Notes under the pieces: generated by a model
Seen by the model: the letters and a program-made list of their open reading frames with translations, nothing else
Told to the model about the DNA's origin: nothing
The model's database searches: none
Assembly: GCF_009914755.1 (NCBI RefSeq)
Contig: NC_060944.1
Length of the DNA stretch: 64,000 nt
Source: the human T2T-CHM13v2.0 reference genome, Homo sapiens
Direction: 5' to 3' (one strand)
Shown: piece after piece, positions 42,726 to 57,009 of the stretch
How the letters are laid out: each line of letters starts with the position of its first letter
Position numbering within the stretch: position 1 is the first letter of the stretch
Position numbers and translations under genes: made by a program

Positions 42726-44904
42726 CCCATCCTAATAGACCAGAGAGAGAATTATTCCCCCAAACCAAGGATAAGGTCTTTCACTTATAAGGTAATAAGA
42801 GGGGCCAGGCAGATAAAGAACTTCCAAGGTGGTTGGGCCTCTCCATTCAAATCCATTCCTTCACTTATTCTAGAAACATTCAACAAGTTTTTTTAATGGG
42901 CTCTGGACATGGCACAGAATTGACAGATATGATCCTTACCCTCACAAAGTTTGCAGAATAGAGTGAAAGGTAAGCATGCAAATATACACTGAAGATGCAA
43001 TGGAAAATATGCTTTCTTATGTATGTGTTGATGCTAAAAAAAACAAGTTATTATTTTAGTTGATGGTTTAATTAACCAAATTCTCTTCCTTCTTCTAGAT
43101 AAGATTTAAGAAGGCTCACAGCTATACCTCTAGGCATCCCAGGTTACAGATCCCAGGCAAGGTCACATTAACACTTGCCCCTAGTCCGTTGGATCCATTG
43201 CCCACCCCTCACCTCCCTGCCTCTGCTTAACTGTAGGTAGACACTCAGCTGATACTGAGCTGACTGCTGACAGGTCCTGGCCCTCTGAGGACTAGGGATG
43301 TACCTCCTCTTCACAGGCACTCACTGAACCACCTTGCTTCTCCCCTCTGCTGAGCTCTGTTGGTCACTTCAATCTGCAGCAGGTAAGCAAATGCTTTTCC
43401 CTTCTTACAGTCTGCTCTTTGAAACTAGGGTTCCACAGCAGCAGGCCTTGGACCTCAGTGACCCAATTTTTATTTTCAAACCACAGTCCTCTCTTTGCCT
43501 CTGCAGAAGAACTCACTTAGAGTGAATTTAAAAGCAGCTTTCCACTCTATCTTGAGCCACTATTTCTTCAGAATATTCAGGCCCCACTGTCAATTCTATT
43601 CCACTCTGCCAGGATTTGTCATCACTTATGGGATGACTTATGCATTCAGGACAGAAAATGGGGACCGTAAGGTCACTCTGGGGACCTTAATGTCCCTCCT
43701 ACAGAAGAGTTTCTAGAAATGGGCTCCTGTTCTGCACTTTTATCACTCATACATGTCTGAATCCCAGCAATACACACAGTTCATGATTCTTCCATGGAGC
43801 CCTTGGGCTCCCAGCAAAGCAGGGAATTTCAAGGAATGCTGCCTAACTGGTCACTGGTCCAACCAAAGCAGCAGGTTAAACATAGAAGGAGGAAATACTG
43901 CATGATGACAAAAATCAAATTGAGGACAGGAAAAGAAAGAAAAGCAGGACAGAAGGAGGGAGCCACAAATCTATGCTGCGATTTTCCACGTGTTCCTTTA
44001 CTAAAAGGGGGTTACATATATAGCTCTGAGCTTCTGACACCCAATAGAAAAAAAGCAAAACCTGGTAAGGTACTGGACACTCTGTGTTTTTATAATAAAA
44101 GCCAAATTGCTCAGGGAAATGACAACCATTTCAGGTGCTTTGATCAGACAAGAATTTCTCTGCAGGAATACTCATAACAGAAACCCCATATCCCATAATG
44201 AAACAACATCTGCACAAGGGGCTGAATGGCCAATTTCATGAGACTGTTTCTCATCATCATTCTCAATATAAATTGATAGCATCACCTAAACACACAATTC
44301 AGTAAAAGCTCATTGGGGCCCAACGCAATGCAGTCTGGATACCCACTCCCTATTGGTCTGACTTGACTCAAAGGTAAGTTTTAAGAACTATTCAGGGGAG
44401 ATTTTTAGGCAACTTTTATGAGTTTTCTGTCTCCCACATTGAGAAACAGAGTGGCTATGAACTCAAGACTACATAACCCAATAGCAACTGACACTGACAT
44501 CTGGGTACAACCTGTTGGGCTCATATCCCTTCCCTGTTTCTGAGCCTTCATTTTCTGCTGTGCAAGGCAAAGGGCTGAACAAGATGATTGCAATGAACCT
44601 TCCACTTGTAACATTTAAGAAATCCAGAGATTCAGAAAGAACTGGAACTCTCAGAAACCACAGAGATACAGACCCATGCAGTCAGCACAAGTACAGGCTA
44701 GGGTGTCCTGCCACTGAGAGCCACCAAGAGGAGGAGGAGAAATTAAAGCCAAGCTTCCCCTGGACCGAGAACAGAAAACATTTAAACCCAGTAACATCTA
44801 TCTGTCTTGGAGCAATTCCTAGTGGCCATAACCAAAACAGGCCCCAGACGTTGCTGCAGGTGTTTATGGCAGCTTAGGGGAGATTTATGGTTCCAGAGAG
44901 TCCC

Positions 44905-45259
44905 TGATACAGTTTGGCTGTGTCCCCACTCAAATCTCATCCTGAATTGTAGCTCCCATAATTCCCATGTGTTGTGGGAGGGACCTGGTGGGAGATAATT
45001 GAATCATAGGGGTGGTTTCCCCCATACTGTTCTCCTGGTAGTAAGTCTCGCAAGATCTGATGATTTTTAAGGGGTTTCCCCTTTCGCTTGGCTCTCATTC
45101 TTTCTTGTCTGCCACCATGTAAGATGTGCCTTTCACCTTCCACCATGATTGTGCCGCCTCCCCAGCCACATGGAACTGTGAATCCACTAAACCTGTTTCT
45201 TTATAAATTACCCAGTCTTGGCTATGTCTTTATCAGCAGTGTGAAAACGGACTAATACA
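44905..45259 (+). mobile_element. THE1B solo LTR
   Basis: tgatacagtttggctgtgtcccc...ggactaataca; perfect 5-bp TSD gtccc. Confidence 0.95.
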
Positions 45260-45991
45260 GTCCCCAAAGACACTCATCTGGATGCTAACCTCATTCAGGT
45301 TTGAAGAGCAGATGACATCATTTAAGTGATCTCGACCTCACCACAATCATTTTTGGGAGGAAGGAAACCCAAAAAATCTACCCCCATCCCAGGAGCTGGG
45401 CTCAGCTGAGGTTTGGTGAAGATCCACATAATTGGGGGAGGACAGGGAAGTGCAGCCACTGGCCAAGGACCCAGCACCTCCCCAGAGGAGCTATTTCCCT
45501 GGGCAGGCTGAGGTCAAAATGTGGCAATGGCCCCAGATGCTCTGATGTGAATCAGACATAAAAAGTCAACAGAGAAATGGAAAACTGTAGCAAGGAAATT
45601 GGATTTTGAAAATCCATTTGGGTTTGGTAGTGTATAGCATATCAGCATCTGTAAGGGAAGTAAAAATAGTGCAGGATACATACTTTAGGATACATTAAAG
45701 CATAAATAAAGTTTATAGTGTCAATCAGAATTTTTTTAAAAAACATGAGCTCTTCTTTTGAAAATGAGAGAGGAATAGAATTCAATAAAAATATAAATGT
45801 GTCTTCCTCTGCATTTCTTAGATATGATCCTGTGTATTCTTGAGCTGAATTAAGTTTTGTAGAGGAACTAAAAGATTCGTTGGGCTCCCACTGTGTGCCA
45901 GGCACTGTATTTGAACTATGTAGGTGTATGTGTATATCTGTATATATATTAACGTAGATGTAGGTGACTCAAACACCACCACTCTCTAAGA

Positions 45992-46197
45992 CAGGAGTCA
46001 TCAAACATTTTCCATAAAAGACTAGACAGTAAATATTTTCAGCTCTGTAGTCACACAGCCTCTGTCACAACTACTCAGTTCTACCACTGCAGTGCAAAAA
46101 TATGTAAATAAATGAGTGTGGCTGTGTTCCAATAAAACTTTATTTGCAAGAGGTGACAGCCTAGATTTGCCCAGGGGCTATAGTTTGCCAACCCTTG
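45992..46197. mobile_element. MER58A
   Basis: TIRs caggagtcatcaaac / gtttgccaacccttg; perfect 8-bp hAT TSD ctctaaga. Confidence 0.92.
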
Positions 46198-47175
46198 CTC
46201 TAAGAAAGAAGTATTGCTTTCTTCTTTGTATAAATGAAAACTTGTCATCAGAGCTCCTAAGGAACTTACCCAGCGAGGGAAAAACAATGACATCATGTAC
46301 AGCAGTACTAATAGCAACACCTCCTTTTATTCACAGTTGAATGTAATGGAGGCTTTACCTACAGTATCTAACCCTCACCACAAGCCCTGCCATTTTGATT
46401 GTACCATTTTATAGATGATGTATCAAACTCACCCACATGAAGGAATGGAGCCAAGATGTGAGCCCTAGACTGGATGGTACCAAAGCCTGGGTACTTTCCA
46501 TTGCTCCAACCCAGCATTCTTTTGAACACTCTGTGTGTTCACAGAATCTGGTCTCACCATGATGCTTCCAGAATAGAAAGATGTTCTTTTAATATCCAGC
46601 AGTGGAGCTAAGTAAAAAAAAAAAAAAGAAAACTGGGCTAAACCTAAAAAAGGTGGAAAATTGCCTTTACTTGCCCTCCGTGGTAGGCACTACTTTTGGT
46701 AGAGCTCATCATTTTGATGAACGTGGCTGGAGATTAAGGTGATCTGCCATGGATGAGGATACGCAGAAACACCTGCTCCCTGATCCATAGCTGGTGCTGA
46801 AAGTCCTAGTAGCTCACTCCACATACATTCTCATGATTCTTGGGGGAGACGTCAGCACTGGGGACCCTGGGGTGGGGGAAGGGACTGAGACCACAGGACT
46901 GCGTCCCTCCAACTAAAGCTCCATAGCAACAGGGACATGCCACAAGGGTCTCTTTCCTCAGAGTCTGTCCCATAGTATATGCTTGCACTTTATTGTTCAG
47001 TGAATGCCTGAATATATTAAAAAGGACCTCCATTCACGTAGAGGAGCCAGGCTGGGGCCCACAGAGAAAGCTCTCATCCACTGTCATTGGGCTTCTCCTG
47101 GGGGCCACGGTGAACCCAGGGGAGGCCTTGCAGGGGAGTAAGAGCGAAGAACTCAGAAATCAGGCTGGGACCTTT

Positions 47176-48174
<999 letters not shown>

Positions 48175-48519
48175 AAGAACATTTGCTCTGATCACATGAA
48201 GGGCCAAAACAGATGGAGATTCTGAATCCGAGAAAGAAGGGAAGTCCAAGGTTGATCTAAGGAAGCGCCATAAGGCCACCAGGAAATGGAGAAGAGTAAG
48301 TTGAGACCACGGACAGGTGGAGAAGTCATTCAAGGAGAAATGAGAGTATTTGCGAGAGGACCAGAATGACAGCTGAGACTGCTAAGGAGTAAACTGTGAG
48401 CTGAGCTTGATAACGGTTTGCAAGGACCAAGTAATCACAATGCAAGGTCAAAGAGACGGGGACAGAAAGCTGCTGAGCAGACACAGATCCCAACTAGATC
48501 TGAGAGATAGTCAAGATAA

Positions 48520-48720
48520 CCATGTCCAGTGCCCAGCACTGTTCTCAGTGTTCACCAGTAGTAACTCATTTAATTATCCCAATCACCCCACGAGATGGAT
48601 ATGATCATTAACCCCAATTTTATAGACAAAGAAATGAAGGCATAGAAAGGTTAAAAAAAAAAACTATCCCAAGATCACACAAATAACAGGTGGCAAAGCG
48701 TGGCTTTGAACCCAGACTAG
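48520..48720 (-). mobile_element. MIR
   Basis: aactcatttaat...attaaccccaattttatagacaaagaaatgaagg...cccaagatcacac...tttgaacccag. Confidence 0.75.
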
Positions 48721-49190
48721 CTCAGTCTATGTACCTACTCATTATACTAGGTTGCCATGGTGATGAACTGAAAAGATAACCTTGACCTCGAAAGGAACCT
48801 GTTGAGGGAAATAAGTGGCTGCACAGTTCTTCCCCAATCCCTGTAAAATGGCATTCAGCCAGTCTGCATGCCTTCTGCCCCCATTCACTGCCCAGGCCCA
48901 GGATGCCAATCTGCACTTCTGGAGGACCAGGCATAGGGGGTAGGCTCTGCCCCTTCACCTCATAACGGAGGCCATAGTGTTATAGGGAGGAGAAGAAATG
49001 GAGTAGGGGGCTTAAAGTCAGGAAGGCAGGCACATGCAGAGAACAGGGGGTGGTGTGGGCCTCACATAGTAATCGCTGGTATGTGAAGAGCTCACACATG
49101 TGAGCTGTTCAGACAGATTCAAGATGTAGCAAGAATAAATGGTTACAGGGCACAGAAAAATAATGTGGTCAAAGCAGTTATTTTTTAACT

Positions 49191-49982
49191 GGGGGGTTGT
49201 TAAACTTTTTCTATAAAAGGCTAGATAGTAAATATTTTCAGCTTTGCAGGTTGTATTAGCCTGCTAGGGCTGCTGTAAAAAAATGCCACAAACTGTGTGA
49301 CTTAAACAATAGACATTTATTTTTACACAGTTCTGGAGGCCAGGAATCTCAGACCAAAGTTGGGCAGGGTCAGGTGAGGGCTTGCTTCCTGGCTGGCAGA
49401 TGGCCGCCTTCTCACTGTGTCCTCACACAGCCTTTCCTTGGTGCCTGTGTACTCTGATGCATCTTCCCAGCCCAATGGAACTAAGGTCTCATGCATATAA
49501 CCTCATTTAACCTTCTTATAGGCCTTGTCTCCAAACACAGTCACATGGGGAGACATCGCAAAATTCCTTCACCTTTGTCATTCACTAAGATAAGCTAATC
49601 AAGACAGTGAAATCCATCACATGCACAGTCCACGCAAGGAGTGGGAAGTACTCAGGATGTGTACCCCAGAGGCCAGGAATCTTGGGGGCTGTCTTAGAAT
49701 CCCACCCATCACAGGGGGCCACATGTTCCCTGTCACTAGTACTCAACAATGTTATTGTTGTACAGAAACAATACAAAAAGAATGGGCATGACTGTGTTCT
49801 AATAAGACTTTATTTATTAGCACTGCATGTTGCATTTCATATGATTTTCACATGTCCCAAAATAGTATTCTTCTTTTGATTCCTAACCATTTAAAAATGT
49901 AAAAACCATTCCTTATTTGTGGGCTATATAAAAACCAGTGAACACTCAGATTTGGCTGGTAGGCTATAGCTGGCTGACTTCT
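49191..49982. mobile_element. MER58B, interrupted by MaLR LTR pieces
   Basis: aaacttttt...aaaggctagatagtaaatattttcagctttgcagg | ... atttcatatgattttcacatgtc...aaccatttaaaaatgtaaaaaccatt. Confidence 0.8.
49252..49713 (-). mobile_element. Composite MaLR LTR: MLT1B-like 3' part joined to MLT1D/E-like 5' part
   Basis: tgtattagcctgctagggctgc...ccaaacacagtcacat (to ~49556), then gtgaaatccatcac...ggaatcttgggggctgtcttagaat...catcaca. Confidence 0.7.
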
Positions 49983-50398
49983 CTTTAACGACATAAAAAT
50001 TCCCAGTTTTAGCAGTCACTGAATTTTAATACAGTCCCGTGTATTGCCATTTGAATGTATGCCATGTGCTACTGACCCTCTCCTCCAAAGACTCGATTGC
50101 AGAATGTTTCTTCCCGTCTCTGGGAACTGGAGGGAGGAACACGTCTCCCATTGTCTGCTAGCCCTACGGATAAGGGATTGAGTAAAGAACACTAGCTCTT
50201 TAGATTTAATTAAACACTTCATCTACACTACAAGCTTGTGTTCTTCATTGGTAAGGAGTAGTACTTCCACTTTATAGATAAGGAAACTGAGGCAGGAGTG
50301 GATGATGCACTCAGCGTCAGATCAGGGACTGAGCCAAGACTCCAATCATGGGTTTGTTTCTTGGCCAGAAGGTCTGACAACCAAGGCGACCTCCAAGA

Positions 50399-50882
<484 letters not shown>

Positions 50883-50989
50883 CTCTGTGGACACATATTC
50901 CAAAGATAAAATACCTCAACCCCCAAATCATGGAGATTCCACCCTCGTGCCAACAAATGCTTTGAAGGCAGGGTAATATCTAAGTGGGG

Positions 50990-51270
50990 CTTATTAATTG
51001 TGAACACCCTATCGTGGGTAGCTGATTCTTGCCCCCGGAATGAATGTAAACCAGCCTTCCATAAATTGAATTCCTTTTCTGAATATATAATTGAATTTGG
51101 AGAAGTGTGTGCCGGGGGGGTGTTTAAATAAGTGCACAAATATGGTAAGAAGGCCTTCACACCATTACATCTAATTCAGTAAGCAAAAATAATGGCAGGG
51201 CACGTTCCAATTAGTGTTTGATTTATTTGCTTTAACAAATCCAATTAGTAGAATGTTTTATAAAGTCATC
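50990..51270. promoter_or_regulatory. Candidate homeodomain-rich enhancer
   Basis: CCAATTAGT twice, flanking TGATTTAT; more TAAT cores and TTTTATAAA; repeat-free. Confidence 0.3.
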
Positions 51271-51786
51271 CAATGTCATACATTCATGGACTCAACAGAT
51301 ACAAACAATACTCCTAATATAAAAAAAAGTTTTAAAGCTCTTTGAGCAGTGAATTTATTATAAATAAGATGATGTCTCTCTGATGGCTCGAGCATTCCCC
51401 AAGGACCAAGAAAACAGTGTCTGATCTGTTCATTTGGTTCTTTTTCTGTGAGACTTTGTGCAGCAACTCAGGTTAATGTGGCCCATTATATTAAATCCAG
51501 GAATGAAAACAACAAAGGTGGAAGTTAGCCAAGGAACTTCAAGGGAGAATAATGAACTTGCTGCTGGGTGTCTTCTAGATCAGAGACGTGTTTCGACTTC
51601 CAAGGCAGCACAGTACAGTGGGAAAAGCCCAGGGGTAACAGAAACGGCGGTGCCCTAGAACCAAATCTGATGCCTTCATGCCCTTTTGGGTCTCCAGTTT
51701 TCTCACATATTAAATAAAGAGTTCAATGAGGTTAAGCAGCCCCCAGAAATGCCCACCTTGGGTGGTGGATGATGTTCTTTGCCCAG

Positions 51787-52030
51787 GGAGACACAGAACA
51801 AGGTAGCAGTTAAAGCTATGAACTCCAGAGCCAGCATCTAAGCTCTGCTATTTTTTTTTACTTAGTTATATGACCTTGGCCAACTTATGTAACTTCTATG
51901 TGCTTCATTTCTCCATCTGTAAAACTAGGATAATAGTGCCTAACTCTTAAGGCTGTTATGAGGATTGGGTAATTTAATATTTGTAAACACTTGGAATAGT
52001 ACCTGGCACGTAGTCAGTGCCAAGTTGTGT
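51787..52030 (+). mobile_element. MIR
   Basis: tgaccttggccaacttatgtaac...catctgtaaaactaggataatagtgcc...cctggcacgtag. Confidence 0.8.
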
Positions 52031-52333
52031 GTTAAATTAATATTTAATCCCAATCTATAAATTAGAAATGGAAAAGGCAGATGTATTACATGTGGTCAGC
52101 TGGCATAATCTCACCAAACAAACAAAATGTTTTAAAGAAACTGTATCTGAGTCTGCCCATCATATCCCTTATAGATCATCAGGGCTAATTGTGGTATGCT
52201 ATTGGTCTGCATGGGAAATCCCAGCTTCTGTCACCCCTTACTACTGTGTGACTTTGAATAAGTCATGTAGACTCTAGGGCCAGCATTTCTCCATGTGTGA
52301 CAGAAGCAGCAAGTTGAACCCTCTCCGAGAACC

Positions 52334-52617
52334 TTTTTGTTGCTGTTGTTAAGAGACGGGGTCTTGCTCTGTCACCCAGGCTGGAGTGCAGTGTCATATC
52401 ATAGCTCACTTGAAGCCTGGAACTCCTGGGCTCAAGCAATCCTCCTGTGCCAGCCTCCCAAGTAGCTAGGACTACAGGCATGTACCACCAAACTTGGCTA
52501 ATTTTTAAATTTTTTGTAGAGATGGGTTCTTCCTATGTGCTCAGGCTGGTCTCAAACTGCTGGCCCTAAGTGATCCTCCCTCCTGGGCCTTCCAAAGCAC
52601 TGGGATTATAGGCACTG
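52334..52617 (-). mobile_element. AluJ
   Basis: AluJ features (atcatagctcac, aactcctgggctcaagcaatcctcc). Confidence 0.92.
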
Positions 52618-53514
52618 TCCCCCACCTTCTAAGAATCCTTTGACTTCTGACATCCTATGGGACTACAATTATGTCCTCCCTTCATGGTACCTAGCTACAT
52701 TTGCTGGGACACAAAAAGTACCAAGAGTTCCCTGAAAATAAGAGCCTCTGTTCAGACCATCTTCTCTACATGGTCTGCTATGGGCCTCTGCCTGGTGCAT
52801 TTGTACATTATGAAAAAAGAACATCATGGGGTATGGCAAGCAGATTCTGTCTTCTCACGGGCCCCAGCCTTCCCAGGCACCAGTTTGTGAGCAGACACTG
52901 TGAGATGCACTGTGACCAAGGAGAAAGTGCGATGAAAGAAGGAGGCCCTCTGTTGGGTCAGCGCCAGCCTCAACCTGCCGAGGAGAGGCTGAGAGAACAG
53001 GGGGAGAGAACAGTCACCTTCAGTTGAAACGAGTGAAGATGCTTCAAGTTGGAGGCCAGCTGGAGAGTCCAACCAGCCTGAAAAGTGGTCCCGCCCAACC
53101 CAGTGAGTCTTCTTTCCCAAAAACAGCATGGGAGCAGATGCAGGGATTCCAATGCTCTATCAAATTTAAAGAGAGAAGGGACGGTCTGGCCCAGCTGCTA
53201 ATTTTACAGGTGGACAAACAGGCATAAAAAGGGCAAGGCTACAAAGAAAGGGGGCCCCAGCCCAGAGCTCTGCCCACTCAGATGCCAGAATAGCATCTTT
53301 CATCTTTTCTCACGCAACAGTGCTATCTTTTCCATTTTTATTTTGAGGGAGCAGCGAAAGAAACAGATGGCCATGGGTCATCCCCCGTCTCAGAGAAACT
53401 TCAGATCAGTCGGGAAAAGGTGAGGAAAGGTTTTCTCGACACAGAAGGACAGGCTTAAACTGGTTCCTGGCAGCTGTGTCAGCGTCTGAAGCCTGCAGAA
53501 GCCCAAGCCAAGCT

Positions 53515-53890
53515 CTTCACGGTCTCAGGGTCTTGGCACTTGCTGTTCCCCCATGGAACACTCTTGCCCTAGCACGTGATGTGGCTGTCTCTGGGCATCT
53601 TCCACATCAAAAATCAAATGCAAAACAGCCTCCTCCCTTCTTCAGTCATTCTCTATCATACCACCTTGTTTATGCTTGACGAGGCTGTTTCTCAAACGCT
53701 TTAGTTACATTCTAAAATTGTTTATTTACTCATTTACTTATTTTCTGTCTTCCCACTACCAGCCTAAGTCTACCAGGGCAGGAAGTGTGCATCCCTTTTA
53801 TTCACTAGACTCATCAAAGAGCCTAGTACTTTAACTCTTGAGAGCTTGAGGGAAACTCTTTAAATGCTCATGAATGAATGAATGAAATAG
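53515..53890 (+). mobile_element. L2 3' end
   Basis: ggcacttgctgttccc...tgtcttcccactacca...tgaatgaatgaatgaa. Confidence 0.7.
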
Positions 53891-53944
53891 AATATGATGA
53901 AGTGTCAGAAGCACAAGATTTGGTATCAGAGGATGATGCATGGC

Positions 53945-54220
53945 TTGGTTATGGCACTTTCTTTGTGACTTTGGATGAGTCAGAAGAAAATTTCTGAGCC
54001 TCCACTTCCTCATCTTTAAAATGGGAACAATAATGATAGCAGCTTGCATGTACTGGGAACTATGTGCTATGCACCGTGCTAGTCCATTTCCATGGATTAC
54101 CTCATTCAATCCTCAAAAGAGCCCCATGAGTTAGGTACTGTCACTATCCACACTTTATGCAAGATGAAACCAAGAGTTAAATAACATCACCCAAATATCA
54201 CAGCTGGGAAATGGCCAGAG
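53945..54220. mobile_element. Two adjacent MIRs in opposite orientation
   Basis: Plus-strand core ttcctcatctttaaaatggg; minus-strand core ctcattcaatcctca...aggtactgtcactatcc. Confidence 0.6.
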
Positions 54221-54799
54221 ATATTCCGCAAAGCATTGCAACAGGCAAATTGCCCTGTAAATCCATCAAAGTGGGGGTGAGGTCACATTCTGAGAGTCAC
54301 AGACTAGCAGGTGGTAGAAGAAAATTCTGAGATTGGTTCATCTCAAAGCCCAGCTTGGCTCAAGCTAAGTTATATTCACAGAGCCAGGGGGCTAAACCCA
54401 GGTCCTTCCCATTCAGTCAGGTGTGTGTGAGGCCCCTTCCTCAGTAATAAGTTATAATCAGCTGTCTTCAGGTGCTATCTCTTGAGTGGTCCCTGATGGT
54501 GAGCAGGCAGAGACTCCTAGCAAACATGGATGCCTGGCTTGTCCCCGGTATGAATGCCCAAGTCCTGTCATCTCTCTACCCCTTTCCAGCACTTCCTTTC
54601 ATCACAGCCACATCCTTGAGTTCTGACTGGCTAAAATCTTGCTTCAGTTCACCATGTCCCCCATCACACTTCATTCCCGTAGCATCAAAAGTGGTAATGC
54701 CACCCAGAGCCCATATCACATAGAAGACAGGAGATGAAATCTGCATGGTGGGCCCTCCTCAGTTTCTTCATCCATGAAATGTGGATAATAATAGTACAT

Positions 54800-55409
54800 T
54801 GTTGGGAGAAAAGCTGAGTGTTGGGAGAAGCTGAGGCAGGGCTTGCATGTCTGACATACTGTAAAAGAGTCTTGGAACATGTCCGGGGTCCAGGGTCTAA
54901 AACCCCTCGTGGCCTTTGGAACACCAAGCTCTGTGCTAAAGGGTAGAAGCCTACCCTGAAGCACCATAACCTAAGCCCAGGGCATAAAACCCCTCGTGGC
55001 TTGGAAAGAATCCAGGGCTCAAGGCATAAAACCCCTCGTGGCCTCTGGAATGTGTCTAGACTTGCTGGCTCCTTGCTCTCCCAGGACTGATTGTATCTTG
55101 AGTTAAAAGAACCTGCTCTCCACTATCTCAAGCAGCAGAACATGTTCCATATGCTGCAAAGGAAATGCTAAGCCGTCACAGCTGTAGATCATGCACTTGC
55201 CCTTTCGACCCCCACATTCTCAACACCTGTTTCTCTGTTTGATCACCAATAAATAGTCTGGGCTTCCAGAGCTTGGGGTCTTTGCAGCCTCCATACTTGC
55301 GTTGGCCCCCTGGACACACTTTCTCTCTCAAACTGTCTTTTCTCATTCCTCTGACTCCACCGGACTTCATCACCCTCACGACCTGGTGTTGGGTCTGTCC
55401 ACCCCAAAA
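54800..55409 (+). mobile_element. LTR14B-like (HERV-K/HML) solo LTR inserted in a MIR
   Basis: tgttgggagaaaagctgagtgttgggagaagctgaggcagggcttgcatgtc...; AATAAA; perfect 6-bp TSD gtacat; MIR halves on both sides. Confidence 0.9.
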
Positions 55410-55937
55410 GTACATTCCTGATAAGCTGTCATGAGGATTAAATAACATGTAAGACAGCACAGTGCCTGGCACATAGCAAGCTCTCAACAAACATTAGTAA
55501 TTATTACTCCCATCACAGAATGTCATACACACACACACACCCTTCTTTATAAACATAAATTTAAAAGAAGAAATGAAACACTTGTGTATGTCCACACTGA
55601 TAAATTTCTACACTTAGATACTCAATGACATATACTTAACACCCGCAATCCCATACCTGTCTCTGTGGAAGCTCCTGGCACGTCCCCCACGGTCTCTGTC
55701 TTGTTTAGGGAACCAGTTTGTGTCTTCTGTTCTGGCTTGCCACGATTGCTAGAATACATCGACTTGACCACAGTGGTAGCACAGTTCTGTGTAAGAAACA
55801 CCAACCCCACAAGACCCCCATGGGCTGCTTCATGCCCCCTCCTCTCTGGGTGTCACTCCTCCTGCCCCATTAAGGAAAGGAAGCAGAAAAATAAATAGAG
55901 AAACCAATGTCTTTCTCCAAATCAGGAAGTTTTAACA

Positions 55938-56162
55938 CAGAGTACAGCAAAGTATGACCTATGAACTAGAAACCTAGCCTGCCTCCTGTTTGTGTAAATA
56001 AAGTTTTATTGAAACACAGCCATGTTTATTTGCCTACATATCATCTACGGCTGCTTCCCAGCTACAGCAGCAGAGTTGAGTAGCTGTGATGGAGACCACA
56101 TGGTCTGTAAAGACTGAAATATTTACTATCTAGCCTTTGATGGAAAAAGTTTACTCATTCTT
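55938..56162. mobile_element. MER58A
   Basis: gtaaataaagttttattgaaacacagcca...gcagagttgagtagctgtga...aaatatttactatctagccttt. Confidence 0.85.
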
Positions 56163-56719
56163 CCTTCCAAAGGCCTGAAGGCAATCTAATAGCTGTCACC
56201 CAGGGCATGCAGGAAACCAGGAGATGGATGACGGCAGCTTATTTTTGCTAGTCCCAAAAGTTGCTACCACTACAGGAACATCTGGCTTTCTAAAAACCTC
56301 TTCTTCTGAAAGTGACTTATTTTTAACATACAATTTTTTTCAGAGGAAACAAAAAAAGGAAAAGAACTAAGGTCCAGAGCCTCTGTTGGCAGGCCTCCCC
56401 CAGCAAGTTCCACTTCCTGGAACAGTGAGTACACTGTCCTGATGGCTCAAGGTCAGTAGAGTCACATGGTCCACACATGGCTCTCTGTGGAACTCTGGAG
56501 TGCCCTTTGACCCCACTCCACATCTCAGCTCCATTAGTGACCTGGCTTAAAGCAGCTCAGGAGAGACAGAAGCCAGGTGCTCCCACCTTGGCCCAGTGAG
56601 GATCAGAGGGAGGAGAAGACACCGGTAATCCCCAGAAGAGAACATCCTGATGTCATGCAAAGCTTTCTCAAGTTCTACCCTGGGAAAATCAGCCTTTGGT
56701 GCCCACTCAATAATCCGGA

Positions 56720-56925
56720 ACCATTAGATGCCAGGTACTTTCCAACCACTGCCTTATTTTGTCCTTAGAGAAGCCCTGTGAGTTGTTCTTTAGGATTCAA
56801 GACAAGATTTTGCAAAATTGGAACCTGAGGCTCAGAGAGGTTAAGTCACTTCTGCAAGGCTGCACAGCTTATAAAGGACAGAGTCGGGATTAGAATTACT
56901 TTCAACTTGATCCCAAAGCACAAAC
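56720..56925 (-). mobile_element. MIR
   Basis: ggaacctgaggctcagagaggttaagtcact...cagagtcgggattagaa. Confidence 0.75.
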
Positions 56926-57009
56926 CTGCTCAACTTTATGATAATGTCTCTTGCATGAAATTCCCACTCCTCCTTATTACCCTCGCTGAATTTATTCAAC
57001 CCATATCTG

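Noticed and set aside
48300-48320. REST/RE1 site (accacggacag)
   Set aside because: The left half TCAGCACC is absent.
54301-54320. CTCF motif (ctagcaggtggtag)
   Set aside because: It mismatches two core positions; other CTCF-like strings in the window are equally weak.
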